Assembly: GCF_009914755.1 (NCBI RefSeq)
Contig: NC_060932.1
Origin: the human T2T-CHM13v2.0 reference genome, Homo sapiens
DNA length: 64,000 bases
Direction: 5' to 3' (one strand)
The notes under the pieces: model-generated
Database searches by the model: none
What the model saw: the letters and a program-made list of their open reading frames with translations, nothing else
What the model was told of the DNA's origin: nothing
Part shown: piece after piece, positions 45,022 through 62,285 of the stretch
How positions within the stretch are numbered: the stretch's first letter is position 1
Layout: each line of letters starts with the position of its first letter
Program-made: the position numbers and the translations under genes

Positions 45022-47799
45022 TTTAGGGGTAAAAGACCTAGAGTTCTGAAACTTTGCTAGAGGCAACAGTGGAACTGTTGCTACCAGCTCAAGGCCAACC
45101 TAGACAGCATCTCTTATCAACTCTGTAATTGATAGCAGGCTTTACAGATAAGTGATTTCAACAATGCACTCCTGCTGAGAACTTCCAGTTAGAATTAATT
45201 GATCTTGATCACTGGGTGCTAAACTTCAAAAATCATTATTAAAAAATATTCTGCCCAACAGCTCCATATTGACACCTTGAGGCAAAGCCCCATTCATCTG
45301 GCATCAATTACAGTTCTGCTCAGCCTGGAGGGATGCCTGACTTCCCACACTTGACATTCCTCTCCCCTCCCCCAGACCCTAGAACCTTCCCTTATCCTAT
45401 TACTGAGCATTAGGGCCAGGTTCTCTATCTGACAGCACAAGGACAACACCCAATGTCAAGAGGAGCACTATCTGACCCAAGATATAATGGAACTTCAGAA
45501 GGTGGCTGGCTTTCCCAGAATTTCCCACTAGAGGAGGGGGATGCACCTGGGGTGCTGGAAACATGCGTGCAGGGGTCCTCCTGGAGCCTCCTCCTCCAGA
45601 GAAGTCCAGTGATCTCCAAAAACAGGGCACACAGACCCTGCAAGATGCGCCCCCTACTTAGAGAGACACAGAGCCGCCCGAAGACCTTCGAGGACAGAAC
45701 CCGAGTTCACCAGTCAATGAACGCCGGGAGCATCCTCAGACCCTCTGCAGCCAATGCTGGTGTGAAGGTGGAGTCAGTTCTTTCTTGGAAGTTTATTACC
45801 AGCGGCGGCTGCGACGTCCATGTTTGCAAAGGAAGGGAGGCCTTCCTCTTCCCAAGTGGATCCTACATCCCGCTCCACTCACTCCACTCAGGAGAATCAA
45901 AAAAGAGGAAGATAGGGCTTTCTGCCTTCCTTTTCCCAGCTTTTCTTTCTGGGCTGTCTCACTCGGGCTTTTGCTGAACCATACACCCCAGAACCATCCA
46001 AGAGCACAATGGCTCTGTGCTGTGGGGGAGTCTCCAGGTGCGGTTATATATAGTGTGGGCCAGCACACCCACTCCCGTTACTCATGCAGTTTGGCCCTGG
46101 TTGAATGCATGAACAATCTCTTCCAGGCACTCCCTGTTTTCACTTCCCGCTGCCCACAGGGCCCCTCCTCTGTCTGACCCTTGGGGGTCAACATCCTTTC
46201 TAGCTAATCCACCCCACTTCCTCCCTCAGGCCGGGCTGGAGGCTGTTTTTTAACTTCAGGGGTTCCTGGAGAAGAGCTTCCTCTGCCCCTTCACGATCAC
46301 ATCAAACACACTGGATTCAGGGTCTTGAGATTTGAAGATTTGAAAGCAGAAAGATCAGTGTGAGTCCAAACTGTGGGAAGGAACATGATGAAAGAGGCTG
46401 GACTTGAAATATCCACCAGCGAAGGTGGGCAAAGGGCCGCCTCAAACAGGGAGAAATGGGAGCACCTCGCATTCTGGGTTCTCTGGACAGCAGCCTGAGC
46501 AGCTGGAGCAGGGGCGCAGGGGTGTCTGAGGGGCTCTGGCGAGAGTTCGTGCAAGCAGCATACTCAGGCAGGGTGGGCGCTGCACAGGTGATGGAGCTGG
46601 ACACCTCATTTTGAGAGCCCCCTAGCTGGGTCTGTGACCTGGGGCCAGCCCCAACCACTCGGAAGGTCTGTTTCCTCCCTGTAAAATGCAGGTAATTATA
46701 TTAAATAACTAACTGCAGAGTCACTGTAAGGATTGGAAATATTTGCACAGTGCCTGCCTGAATGATGGTATTGGGAGGAGACCTGTGTACCTGAGTTCCT
46801 CTGACCTGATATTTCCACGGGAGCTGGGGGGCAGCTGATGAGGAAGAAGCTTCTGCCCCACCAGCGCAATTCTGTACCGAGCAATGCAGCCTGAGCCTCC
46901 GAGTGACCACCCTCCTGAGCAGTCATAATTCACTGGGACAGAAACATGAAACAGTTTTTTCTCGAAGTATGGCTTTAACCATGCTCTCTTAAATCTCCCT
47001 GTCTTGCTCTTTAATGATCCCTTGGGAAGATTTTATTACTTTTTACTTTTATTTGTTAAAATCTAACTGTATTTATTTGAAAACTAAGAATGCAAAAAGT
47101 CAATTCGCTGTAAAACCTCAAACATAGTTTAAATCTTATCCCTTTTATTCCCTTCCCTAAAGGTTTAAACTGGGACCCTATCTACCAGCCATGGAAGAGG
47201 AGGGACACCCTGCCTTACAGATATCCCTTCTCCCCTCCCTCTCTAAGGCAGGCTTCTGCTGTGTGCGTGTTAGACTGGGGTGTGGAGGAAGGAGAGGGAA
47301 AGGGACAAGGGTCATTTTACTTACCTGGTAGCCGCTGCTGTGCTTATCTCTGGTGCTTCTCTGCAGGTCATTTACTGGACTAAGATCCCTTATGTGGCAG
47401 GGTCCAACTCATGGGCCACATGGGATGCTTTAGAAGGTGCTGGGGGCCACCATACTGCCTTCTTCCTGGGAGATGGGCTGCGGCTGGCCACTTCCACTTC
47501 CACCTGCCCATCCTGGGCGGCAAGCCCACAGCTCTGTGCTCAGGCGCCCTCACCTGGAAGGCAGTTTTCTCTGTGGTGCACTGGCAAGATGACTAGGGCC
47601 TGATCACTTTGCATGGTGCCCACTCTACACCAGGAAAATCCATGCACTCTGGAAGGTAGTGAGATGGCCCCTACTGCCCCTCTCCCAGCCCTGCCGCTTC
47701 CCCTCAAATTCTTTTTTCTTTCAAATTTGATTCTTAGACATCAAATCAGAAACCAAAGTTCAACTCTCCTTTATTGCATTTCCTGAAACATCTGTCTTC

Positions 47800-48101
47800 C
47801 TTTTTTTTTTTTTTTTTTTTGAGATGGAGTCTTGCTCTGTTGCCCAGGCTGGAGTGCAGTGGCACAATCTCGGCTCACTGTTAACTTTGCCTCCCAGGTT
47901 CAAGTGATTCTCCTGCCTTAGCCTCCTGAGTAGCTGGGACTACAGGAGCGCACTACCACACCCAGCTAATTTTTGTATTTGTAGTAGAGACAGGCTTCAC
48001 TGTCTTGGCCAGGCTGGTCTCTAACTCCTGAGCTCAAGTGATCCAACCACCTTTGCCTCCCAAGGTGCTGGGATTATAGATGTAAGCCACCATGCCCAGC
48101 C
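47800..48101 (-). mobile_element. AluS element
   Basis: Reverse full Alu; CTGTCTTCCTTTT TSD. Confidence 0.95.
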
Positions 48102-48166
48102 TGTCTTCCTTTTCAGAAATTATTTAACCTACAATTATTTATTATGTAATTTATAAGACATTCAAG

Positions 48167-48621
<455 letters not shown>

Positions 48622-48659
48622 TTATGTAATTAAGCCACAGAAAGGGCAGGTAGACTTTT

Positions 48660-49300
48660 TTCTTCTTTTCAATTTTTTTTTGTTTTGTTTTGAACCTTTA
48701 ATGATAATATATATGCATACTGTTGGGCTATAGAACACCATGTTTGGTTTGTCTTTGGGTCAAGGGTTGGGGATGCGCATGGCAGCACTAGTGAACAGGG
48801 TCTACATCAACAAAGATACACGTGGTCATAAAGCAAGAAACTGGTGCGTGGCGTGGTCAACTTTCATTTCCTCATCACTCAGTAGCATGTTGGGGTCCCC
48901 ACGGCTGATGTGGGACAGATGTCCAGACTCTGCGCATTGCAAGGTGTCCTCTAACACATCCAGCTCGAGCAGCATGTGGTGCATCTCCCTTGGAAATTTC
49001 TCATAATGCTCATACCCCTGAATCAGCCCTTTGGAAACCTCGAGCAGGTCCAGAGTCTTGGCTGCTTCCAGGAGTGCTGCCCACTCCACCATGGGTAGCA
49101 TACACAAGTGTTGAACTTTGTAGGGTTGATGTGGACCTCAGTGTAGTGGGGAGGTGGAAGGGGAAGCCACAGGGCCCCATCCCCTGCACATGTGAGCTCA
49201 GCTGATTGTGGGGTGAGCAGTTTCAAGTCATCCCATTAGCTCTTGCCAGGCCAGAAGTGGAACGGTCCTCTTTTCTCTTCTGAGCTTCTGTTGGCCTGTT
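48660..49300 (-). pseudogene. TRMT112P7: Processed TRMT112 pseudogene
   Basis: Intronless, frameshifted homology to TRMT112: (TTG)KLLT / HNQLSSHVQG / TEVHINPTKFN / VEWAALLEAA...MHHMLLELDVLEDTLQCAESG...ISRGDPNMLLSDEE; ATTAAA at 48697-48702 then a decayed polyA. The parent gene is secure; the P7 number is from memory. Confidence 0.9.
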
Positions 49301-49654
49301 GGTTTCATTCCTTTCGGCTGTGGATCTCCAATATACTGGATCTATTGGGACAGCTCTTTCCAGCCTCATTGCTAGATAGGGCGTGTGCCCTCCACCAGCT
49401 CCAGACAGAAAAATGCAGGGGAAGTCATATGCCTATCGTTGAATCAATTATTGTGTGTAGGGGGACTGGGTATTGGGTTAGGCTGAGCCTGGTTTTTTAG
49501 AGTTAGGTATTTTATTTTTAGAAAAATTGAGAGAGAATGCTTGGTACTACTTAGTATCCACTGTATAGATCCACTCAATTCTTTAAAATGCTGCATTGTA
49601 TTCTGCTTCAGGGCTGTGCTGTTATTTGGCCAATCTCTATTAATGGATATTAAA

Positions 49655-50090
49655 GGTGTCTCCATATGGAATCAATCTAGGTTCCCATCAATGATGGGTT
49701 GGATGAAGAAAATGTGGAACATGCACACCATAGAATACTATGCAGCCATAAAAAAGAACAAAATCATGTCCTTTATAGCAACATGGATGCAGCTGGAGGC
49801 CATTGTCCTAAGCAGATTAACACAGAAACAGAAAGCCAAATGTCACATGTCCTTACTTATAAGTGGAAGCTAAACTTTGGGTATACATGGGCATAAAGAT
49901 GGGAACAATAGACCCTGGGGACTCCAAAATGGAGAAGGGAGGGGAGCAAGGGCTGAAAAGCTTCCTAATGGGTACTGTGTTCACTATTCAGGCGATGGGT
50001 TCAACAGAAGCCCAAACCCCAGCATCACACAATATACCCTCGTAACAAACCTGCATGTGTACCCTCTGAATCTAAAATAAAAAAAAAATT
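49655..50090 (+). mobile_element. L1P/L1MA 3' end
   Basis: GAATACTATGCAGCCATAAAAAAGAAC...GTAACAAACCTGCATGTGTACCCTCTGAATCTAAAATAAAA. Confidence 0.9.
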
Positions 50091-50107
50091 TAAATAAGAA
50101 CTTAAAT

Positions 50108-50403
<296 letters not shown>

Positions 50404-50528
50404 AAATTGTCTCTATTTTTTTCCTGATATGAACAATGCTTTCCATAACATTCTTTTATTTTTGTAAGCATGCGTCCATATTTTTTATAAGACAAATTTC
50501 CAGAGGTGGAATTGCTGCCTAATGGTAT

Positions 50529-50815
<287 letters not shown>

Positions 50816-50889
50816 TTACTTTCTAGTTGCACTCTACCAGTAGTTCACAACAGTGTTGGCTTTTCCATACTCCCACCAACATCAACGTA

Positions 50890-51350
50890 CTGGTTAATTT
50901 GTGCTGTGTAACAAGCTTCTGAAAACTTAGTGGTTTGAAACCAACAACCACTTATTTGCCCACCATTCCATGGATCAGCAATTTAGGCAGGGCCCAGATG
51001 GGATGGCTCACCTATGTTGACCATAGTGCCCCAGTTTTACAGTCAGCTGGAGGTCAGTGACCTCGCTCACATGTCTGGCAGTTGGCTGGCTGTTAGGTGG
51101 AGTGATGGAGACAACTAGGACATTTGTATTTGTCAGTCAGCATGTTGTTGGTGGCCAATGGATTCCCAAGAACTGGAAGTTGCAAGTTCCATTGCATCAG
51201 TACTTTTCAAGCCTGCATTTGGGTAACATTTGCTAATAACCCTTTGGCCAAAGCAAGCCACTTGGTCAAGCTGGGATCCATAAGATGGAAAATAAGCTAT
51301 ACCTCTTCATGGGACAAACTGCTAAATATTGTGATCATTTTTGTAATCTA
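50890..51350. mobile_element. MaLR LTR (MLT1-like)
   Basis: GCTGTGTAACAA...AAAACTTAGTGGTTTGAAAC...TTGGCCAAAGCAAGCCAC. Confidence 0.65.
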
Positions 51351-51656
51351 TCATAGCCAGGTTATATCATTTTGTTAATCTTGGTCAATATGACTGGTAA
51401 AAAATGAAATAATCTTTTCTTAAATTTTACTATTATGATTGATCATTTTTTCCCAATTTGTGTCCATCATTTAAATTTGTTATATAACTTGAGTGTCTGT
51501 ATTTTTGTTTGGGGTTTTGTTTTGTTTTCCACTAAATTGAAACACCATTTTTGACATATATTAACTTTCTCATATGTACTTGGATTTGATTTCTTCTGCA
51601 TCCTCTATATTTTTTCTGTACCTTATTTGTTAATTCCTGAAAATATTTTCAATATT

Positions 51657-51800
51657 TCTTTTTTTTTTTTTTTTTTTTTTTTTCAGAGAACAGGGTCTTG
51701 TTAAGTTGGCCAGGCTGGCCTTGAGCTCCTGGGCTCAAGCAATCCTCTTGCCTCAGCCTTATGGGTAGCTGGGATCACAGGTGCTGCCACCATGCCTGGC
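51657..51800 (-). mobile_element. FLAM monomer
   Basis: PolyT plus reverse left monomer. Confidence 0.85.
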
Positions 51801-51837
51801 TCCTATTTACTATTCTTATTTTAAAATTTCTTTTTCT

Positions 51838-52152
<315 letters not shown>

Positions 52153-52289
52153 TTATTATTCTATTTAAAGTTAAAATCATACTTATCCAGTTTGAAAAGA
52201 ATTGGAATTTAAATTGGAATGATAGTACATTTGTAGCTTACTTTAGGTAAAATATATATTTTTACGATTCATTCCCATCTCATATTTCC

Positions 52290-53810
<1,521 letters not shown>

Positions 53811-56426
53811 AGCTTGTGACTTTGCTAGCTCACTTATTAGTTCTAATAGCCTTATTGGTAGATTATTTGAGATTTTCTTTGTAGACCCATATGTCATTTG
53901 TGAATAAAGACAGTTTTAATTCATCTTTCCACATTTATATGCCCCCTTTTTTTTCTCACGTTACTGAGCTGGTGAGGGCTTTCTGTACAGTCTCAAAAAG
54001 GAGAAACACCCAAGAGTCTTCCTTCTTTTTCTGGTGACATGACTCGTTGGTAAGTCATCTCCCAAGAGGATGAAAGTACATTTTTAATTACTAGACTCTG
54101 CCTCCATGACACTCACCTTTGGAGGCAATCAAACCACCTTAGTTTGAGAAGGGAGTAGAGTGAACTTTGGTAGTGTGAGAACTGAAAAAGTGAGTGACTC
54201 AACACTTGTAGTGGCTCATCTCCCAGAATGAATGCCCAGTGATTATGGGTCCCTGATGGACTTAAACATGTCTTTGGGGAAGCTGGGCTCAGAGAAGAAT
54301 GGACATTCATTGAACTGAGAGGATAGGGCTCTTAGGCTACAACATGGCAAATATGGTGAGAAAGTCTTTGCATCATGTGTGGCTCTGAGGAAATGGAGGC
54401 ATACAGGGGCAACATCTAACTTCAGAAGTCCTGGCCAACCAGTGCTGGGAGATGGGCCTTTGCTTTGGACAGAGGGAAGACTGTTTGATGGCAGTCCTGG
54501 GTGGCAGAGATATGGCAATGCCAGTGGCAATGGTTTGAGAGACACCAGGGCTGTTGGAGTCTTGGATCCACTTGGCAGTGAATGTTTGAGGGATCTTTGT
54601 TTGGACTGCATGTGACTGAAATTCTTGAATGATCCAGAAGAGGATAAGAGAGAGCCTCTAGGAGGGTGAAAATGTACTTCCTGCTAGTCACACATTTGGG
54701 AGTTCAAATCAGTTTTAATTCAATTGTGGGAAATGAAATAAATAAAAAGCAGAACCATTAAATGTTTTGAGAAGGAAACGATGGACATGTCAAGTGCATG
54801 GTGTGCCACTGTATACTGGTGTGTACTATTCTCACAGGTCAAGGGAAGAAAAGGTGTGCACAAGCATGGAGGCTGGAGCAGGTAAAGCCCATACTGGAAG
54901 GACAAGTTCATTGGCCTGTTCAGAGTGGAGGAGAACCCAAGGCTCTGGGGCCAGGGTGGGGGGAACTTGAACAATGCTTCTGCAAAGAACTTTTCCTACA
55001 ATGAGTTAAAAACAATTCCAAGATCTGGAAATATTTCCACTTCTTTTTCTTATCAGACTAAAATCCATTTTAGTAGGTATTTCTTGAAGTTATTAAGGGA
55101 ATAGACTTATTGTTTAAAGAGAGGGTGGCTGCTCCATTTACCAGGGAGAACCTATTTAAGAACCCACAGTCTTGGGCTCTTTCCAAGGCATTGTAAATTT
55201 ACTTTACAGTGTCTGATTTACTTTAAAGCTTCTTGTTATTGCAGTTTAAAACAAAATTTATCCTGCACACATCCTGTTTAAAACAGAATTTTCTCCTCTG
55301 TTAGGCAGAGATAAAGAATGCAAGAACGTGTGCTTTTATAGCATTGATTGCACCTTGATATTAGGTGAAAATGGGCCCTGATGCTTTAAATTATCAGGTT
55401 GATGGCTGAAGGGAAACCAAATCAATATGCATTTTAAAATGTAATTTCATTATTTCTTAATTTAGTTAGGGTGATAGTTCTAACAAATCTAAATGGAAGA
55501 AAAATTCATTTTGTCTCCTTTTCCTCTTGCTCCTTCACTTTCTTCACCTTTGTGTTCCTCTTTAGAAGTGTGACATGTACACATTTTTATATATAGCATT
55601 ATGGTACTCCTCCAACATTTAGATCCTATTTTCTTTTGGAAGACAACAGTATGCTCCCCAGGCTGCGTGACATGCTGGTGGATCGCACCTGTCCCTGTCT
55701 GGCACAGAATCACTAGTAGCTAGAGCAGCTCTCCCTTGCTGAGCAGCCCGGGGTAACTGGGACCTTCTTGTGCAGCACTTTTATTTCCTTTTGCCAACTC
55801 ACAGCGGATTTGCCTCTTGCATAAGTGAGCAAAGCCCCCAGAAGTGTTGTATGTGCTACCCCATGTCATGCAAAGATGGAGGTAGCAGGCTCCATGCACT
55901 GTGCATGCCTTTCTGTCTTTGATAGGGCTCAGGTATTTGGCCCACATCTTTATAGTTTCAAAGACTGCCAGTGGAACAGGAGTCATGCTTTTCAGCTTAT
56001 GACCTCTGAAAGAAACACATCTCATATATGCTTGCTTTGGAGATTCAGCTAGTTGACAATGGTTGATATTGACAAAAAAGTCAAAAATCTACAAGAATAA
56101 TATTTTACTGTTAGTCTCAAGGAATTTTGACACAGATAGGCCTTGACTATGGCCCACTGAAGTGTCATGAGAACTAGGTTTGCTTGCTTTTTAGGTAATC
56201 CCCTGTCATTTCTGGATAATCTCGAAGAAAATGCCAATTTCTTGCTGAGGATGAGCAGCCTTCTTGGTCTGAAAATAGTGCTTCTGCCTCAGGGCAACTT
56301 CCTTCACGTGCCCTCACAGATGCCCCCAGTGCTTTATGCTGCCTTCTCCTAAGCTCATCAGCATCCTGCCCTTATCTGGGAATCCTCTGTGACTTTGACC
56401 TGGGAAGGTCCTTCCACTGCCCTGGG

Positions 56427-56476
56427 CATCACATCCACTGGTCATCATATCCACTGGACATCACACACACTGGTCA
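56427..56476. repeat. 16-bp tandem repeat, 3 units
   Basis: CATCACATCCACTGGT / CATCATATCCACTGGA / CATCACACACACTGGT. Confidence 0.85.
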
Positions 56477-57535
56477 GTTGCTAGGGAAGGTTCTGGTTGT
56501 AGACCTCGGAACTGGCCTTGTTTTATGGTAACTCTGTGACTTCAGGATAGAGACTACGTGTCCCATATTGGTTCCCTTTAAAACAGTCAACCAGAATTGT
56601 GTCACTTGCTGTTTCAAAACTTGTGTTTCTTGTAGAACCTAGGCCTCAGTTGTGGTTTGAATGCTTCTATATTCAGATGACTTTTCGGGCAAAAAGATTG
56701 GCACTTCATTGATGACTGGTCAATTCTTCCTAGCTAGACCACCAGTCCTGCTCATCGTCTAGGCTCTCTTTGACTCAATTCCCCCATCAATTGTCAATCA
56801 AGCTCTCTTCTTCCCCTCTTCTCTATCTATCTCTCTACCCCAGCTTTGGTGTTCTACAATATTTAAATGTTCTAATTTACAGTTTTTGTGACACTTTGGT
56901 TCCATGTAACAGAAAATCCAACTGTAATTTGCTTAGGTAACCATGATCTTTTTAACTCACACGACTAAAATGTTTACAAGTAAGACATATTTCAAGCATG
57001 GCTGGATCTAGGGACTCAACAATATTCTCAGAACCAAATTTTTCTCCTTTCCTTTTTATAAATTTTGCCTCTGGTTCCTTGGAGGTGAATCCATTTTTAG
57101 ATACCACATGGAGGCAAGATGACTGGAGAAGCTCTAATATCCACATGGCAAGAGGTACCTACATGGCGTGGTCCCCATTCCATTAATGGCATCTTAAGTT
57201 GGCTGCTTCTTGTGCAAAACCCAGTCTCTGTTGGGTAAATACTGTCAGTTCAAGATTTCCTCCTTGGTTTTCTCCCCAGGGGCTCTGGAAGTCATGGTGC
57301 ATGGGGGCGGGGAAGTGGCTTCTTTCTTGGTGTCTTCATGGGCTTCCATCCCTGCTCAGTCTTCTGATGAAACATTTGCTTCCCCTTCTGCTCTCCAAGT
57401 AGGTATCTGTTGTTTTTGTCCCAACTTCAAGGTGTCCTCATTCAGCTACTTCCATCTTTCTGTGGCACAAGAATTTTTGGTCACCCTGCTGTTTCCTGTG
57501 GGGACTGCCTGAGCCTTTAAAAAAAAAAAAACACT

Positions 57536-57846
57536 GGCTAGGGGCAGTGGCTCATGCCTGTAATTCCAGAACTTTGGGAGGCCGAGGCAGGCAGATCACC
57601 TGAGGTCAGGAGTTCCAGACCAGCCTGGCCAACATGGCAAAACCCTGTCTCTACTAAAAATACAAAAATTAGCTGGGCATGGAGGGCACACCTGTAATCC
57701 CAGCTACTCAGGAGGCTGAGGCAGGAGAATCACTTGAACCCAGAAGGCGGAGGTTGCAGTGAGCCAGGATTGTGCACTGCACTCCAGCCTGGGTGAGAAG
57801 AAACAAACTGCGTCTCAAAAAAAGAAAAAAACAACAACAAAAAAAA
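57536..57846 (+). mobile_element. AluS element
   Basis: Full dimeric Alu. Confidence 0.95.
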
Positions 57847-58773
57847 CCTAAACATACTTGCTATCATTTCTAGCCTAACACTTCAAATATAAATTGAGTC
57901 TCAGATTAGCTTACTCACATATTTCCAGCCCTGTGTTGGTGTTTCTAACTCCTTCTCACAAGGGTTTTGACAAGGTTGAGCAGGGGCCAAGGAGTAAGCT
58001 TTGATCATAAGTATTGAAAACCTTCTCCTTTCTCTAGCTGGTTAGATTTTTAAAAAAATCACCTATTGCTTAAAAAAAGAGCTGCATTCCTTTCTGCGCC
58101 CTCTCTAACTCTGTAAAGCATATTCGTTCTGTGCTTGAGTCTCCTAGGCTTTGCTCTTGCTGGTCACAGGCAAATATCTGGAATTCTAATACACACAGCA
58201 AACAGCAACAGTTACAAAACATTTTCTTTCTTAAGTTTCTCTGAATCCATGGCTTTCAAGACTGTTCTCTGTGTTTTAAACTTGAAAGAGTACTGTGAGA
58301 GATGGAGAAACCAAGAATTGGACCCTCCATTGACTCAGAGGCTCCTGCTGAGATGTTAGGAAGAACAAACACTGGGAAATGGGGCAGGGTGGGAAAGGGT
58401 GCGGTGGAGGACGTGTATTTGTTTAAGTGGTCCAAATTTTAACTTATTTCTATTATGCCTAACAGCTCTTGTATCCTGAAATCATATATAATAAAATGCT
58501 GTAATGACCATCACAGGATGATCTTACAAAGGACATAACTAGTAGAGTTTAGGAGCATTGGTGGAAAGGAGGGAGGAAATATACATATTCTCCCAACATC
58601 TCAGGTTGGATCAGGGTGTAGTGAGTGTTCTGTCTGGGATGTGATATGCTGAGATGACAATGACAGTATTTGTGAAGCTCAAGCTTCATGGTGTTAGTTC
58701 TGAACAGGAAGAAGGAAGGAGGTGCTACAGCAGTGGTTCCAGCCTCTGGGTAAATCACCCTGGGGGTACTTAA

Positions 58774-59133
<360 letters not shown>

Positions 59134-60621
59134 TAGGGAATTTTATTGTAGCCAGCCTAGTACAAGTCAAGTATGTTTGGGGAACACTGTGTTAGATCAG
59201 GGAAGAATCAACAAAATATAAAATGGCAGCATGATCCCCTGGTAGCCTGGTTTTAAGAGACTTCATTGTCAAGTGCTCTGACATGAATAGTGCTAGACAA
59301 GAAAGAATACTGAGCCGAAAGAATTTTAATGATTTATATGTGGAGGAGAAGATGTTTTCTTTGTAAAGTTGTCAAAGCTACCATATTTGGAACTCTTTAG
59401 AAATGGTTGGCCGATAAGAGACCCTGATGTGCAAAACAAACCATTGGGGAAAGATGCTAAACTGTTTTTCTTCTATTGATTGAACCTAATTAAAATGATG
59501 TCTTAACATTAAGCTATATTCCACTTGTCAAGCTATGAATAATTTTATCTGCCTTTCTCTCTTCTAACCAGGCTAACATTAAGAGAGGCCAGTATTGAAG
59601 GCTGCATCATTAAAAATCCTGTCCAGGTAGGAGAAGTCTCTGGAGAAAGCCCTATACATCATAAGACTGCTCTGTTTCTGTGTAGCAGGATAGAACAAGG
59701 AAAGCCTTGTCTTCATTATTTCCCACGGATTTTAGGACATCTTTTGCAGCTGCATTCAGATACTCACGAAGTAAGCCTTTGATTAGGAAGGCGGAGAAAC
59801 AGAGATGCTTAAATGGAACCGGGCAAACTAAAGTGAGCACATAGCTTAGTTTGTATTCCCTTTCCTTTTGTTCTCTCTGATAGTGTTTATTCTTTCTTAT
59901 CTGAAAGCATTTTATTGTCTACTTAAAAAAATCTTAGGTATAAATTTATAGAGCTTGGATTTTAGGATTTATATAATCTCTGCTTTGCTGAACATTCAGG
60001 TGCTTTTAACAACTGAAATCTTTCAAGTTGTATGCCAGGTTTTTGTGTATGTAAGGTTTTCTATGGAAGAAGATTCAAATATTTCCTTAGATTTTCAAAG
60101 GAGTCTTTGGCTTCAAGATGATAAAGAACTAAGCAGAAGTCTTGATGCTAAGTCAACAGTTCTCTTTGGGAATTTGACAGTGCTAATCGGTAGTTTCTAT
60201 AGATTACAAGATGCCCCACACCTGAACAATAGAAAAAAATCTAAGGTCATCAAATGAGACCCTTGAGGGGCGGTCCTCCTTGCATCTGGTCTGAGGGCTG
60301 TAGCAACTGGTTCCTTTCTCTTGATAATGCTTTTCTTGTTTGTTTTGAAATGTGGGTTGCTAGAGAGATTAACTGAACTAGGAGGGGTTCTCAGAGATGT
60401 GGCAGTGCAGAGAGGGCTCATGACTTAGATAACTCTTTAGCAAAGTGCTGTACTGGGCCAAACTTGACATCACCTGGTGCAGTCTTGTGCAGGAGGCATG
60501 CACCTGAGCTCTGATGAACAATCCTCTGTAAGACTCTATTCTTCTTGCTTTGGGTCTTCTTGCAACCCCAGGGAGCCTGCTCAGAGAGTCTGTCATGGTC
60601 ATGGCATAATAATTGATTTTA

Positions 60622-60755
60622 AACTGGGCACAGTAGTGTGCGCCTATAGTCCCAGCTATTTAGGAGGCCAAGGTGAGAGGATCGCTTGAGCCCAGGAGTT
60701 TGAGTCCAGCCTGGGCAGCATATCGAGATCTTATGTCTAAAACAACAAAAAAAAT
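60622..60755 (+). mobile_element. FLAM-like monomer
   Basis: CTGGGCACAGTAGTGTGCGCCTATAGTCCCAGC...GAGCCCAGGAGTTTGAG. Confidence 0.8.
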
Positions 60756-62014
60756 TAACTTTATAAAAAAACTATATATTTTATCCTCTGTGGCTAAAAA
60801 TTTATTCAGAATACCCCCTCTATCTTACTCCTTAATATATTTGAATGTCAATAGCTATTTCAAGAGGAAGAGAGGGCAAAAGTAAACATTCTTGAACATT
60901 AATATATCTGAAGCTTTCCTGTAGTAACATTCCATCCACAGACAAGTCTGTAAAGTAAGGCCATGCCAGTTTATAGATGAGAAAAATGAGCGCTCCTCTA
61001 GCAATTCTGCCTCAGCAATGGTTTCTCTAATCCTTTCCACTCTGCTGTCTTCTCTGACCTAAAGCAAACCCATTTCTTAGGCTGACCTTCTTCCTTTTAA
61101 GTGAATGAACAATTTCTGTCCTCTTCATGGCCAGCTATAAAGAAAAAACTTGCCTTGACTTTCTGTCTTCAGACTCTCATTTCCTTTCTCTCCTCATCAT
61201 TGCTTCTGAAACACCCCAGAAACTCCTACTTGTCAACTTATCCTAAATTCCAGAGAACTGATGTGAGTTGGAAAGGAACGGTGGGTTCGAGAAGATTGCA
61301 GAAGGCTGGGAACAATTAAAAGGATGGAAGTGGCAGCCAGGGTACAAACTGGGTCAAACCAAGAGGGGCCCGTCCCTGTGAGAGGGTCAAGGTTTCACAG
61401 AAGCACAGGTGAGTGCAGAGGTGCAAGCTGTGAGTTGTTGCAAGAAAAGCAAATGAGCATGTGTAGAAGGCAAATGCACTGGAAACGTTGTCTCTGTTGA
61501 ATGTGCTTATGATCAGTGAGAGCCTGCATGGCTCTTGGAATGCTGGAAACAGTTCCCCTGACAGCTGCCTGGTAGTTTTTGTTATTCAAATTGCACATCA
61601 AATTGTTCTTTGACTGGTCTCATGGATTTTATTCCTACACAGGTGCAGGCTAATATGCAGCCACAGACTCGAAGGGACCCTGCATGCAATTTCTGGAGCT
61701 CTTTCTCTCACATCATCCTTTCTGCCACTCTGCTCACAAATTCTAGTTGCCTCAGTCTCCCAAACTCCAACCTCTGTTTCCTGAGCTCAGCAGAACTGCT
61801 GCACTATGCTTGCAGTCTCCTTTCACAAGTCTTTATAGTCTTATACACTAGCTGATATATTGTGTATTATTTGTTTATTTTCTGATATTGTACAGCTATA
61901 GTAGGTCCTCAATGTGTTAAATTAATACACGAATGCATCAACAGAAGGGTTCGGTTAGTTGCTGTTTTTACTATTTTATTTCAGTTTAGTTTTATTTCAT
62001 TTTACTATTTTATT

Positions 62015-62285
62015 TATTTTATTGAGACAAGATCTCACTCTGTCACCCAGGCTGGAGCGCAGTGGCACCATCAAGGCTCACTGCACCTTCAACCTCCCAA
62101 GCTCAGCCTCCTGAGTAGCTAGGACCACAGATGTGCCACCATGCCCAGCTAACTTTTTATATTATTTGAAGAGATGGGATTTCACCATGTTGCCCAGGCT
62201 GGTCTCAAACTCCTGGGCTCCAGTGAGCCTCCCTCCTTGGCCTGACAAAGTGCTGGTATTATAGGTGTGAGCCACCACTCCTGGC
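62015..62285 (-). mobile_element. AluJ element
   Basis: Reverse Alu with J features and an internal deletion. Confidence 0.85.

Noticed and set aside
45453-45977. ATG-initiated 174-aa ORF in non-repeat DNA
   Set aside because: No recognisable homology or gene context; plausible by chance in GC-rich DNA across six frames of 64 kb
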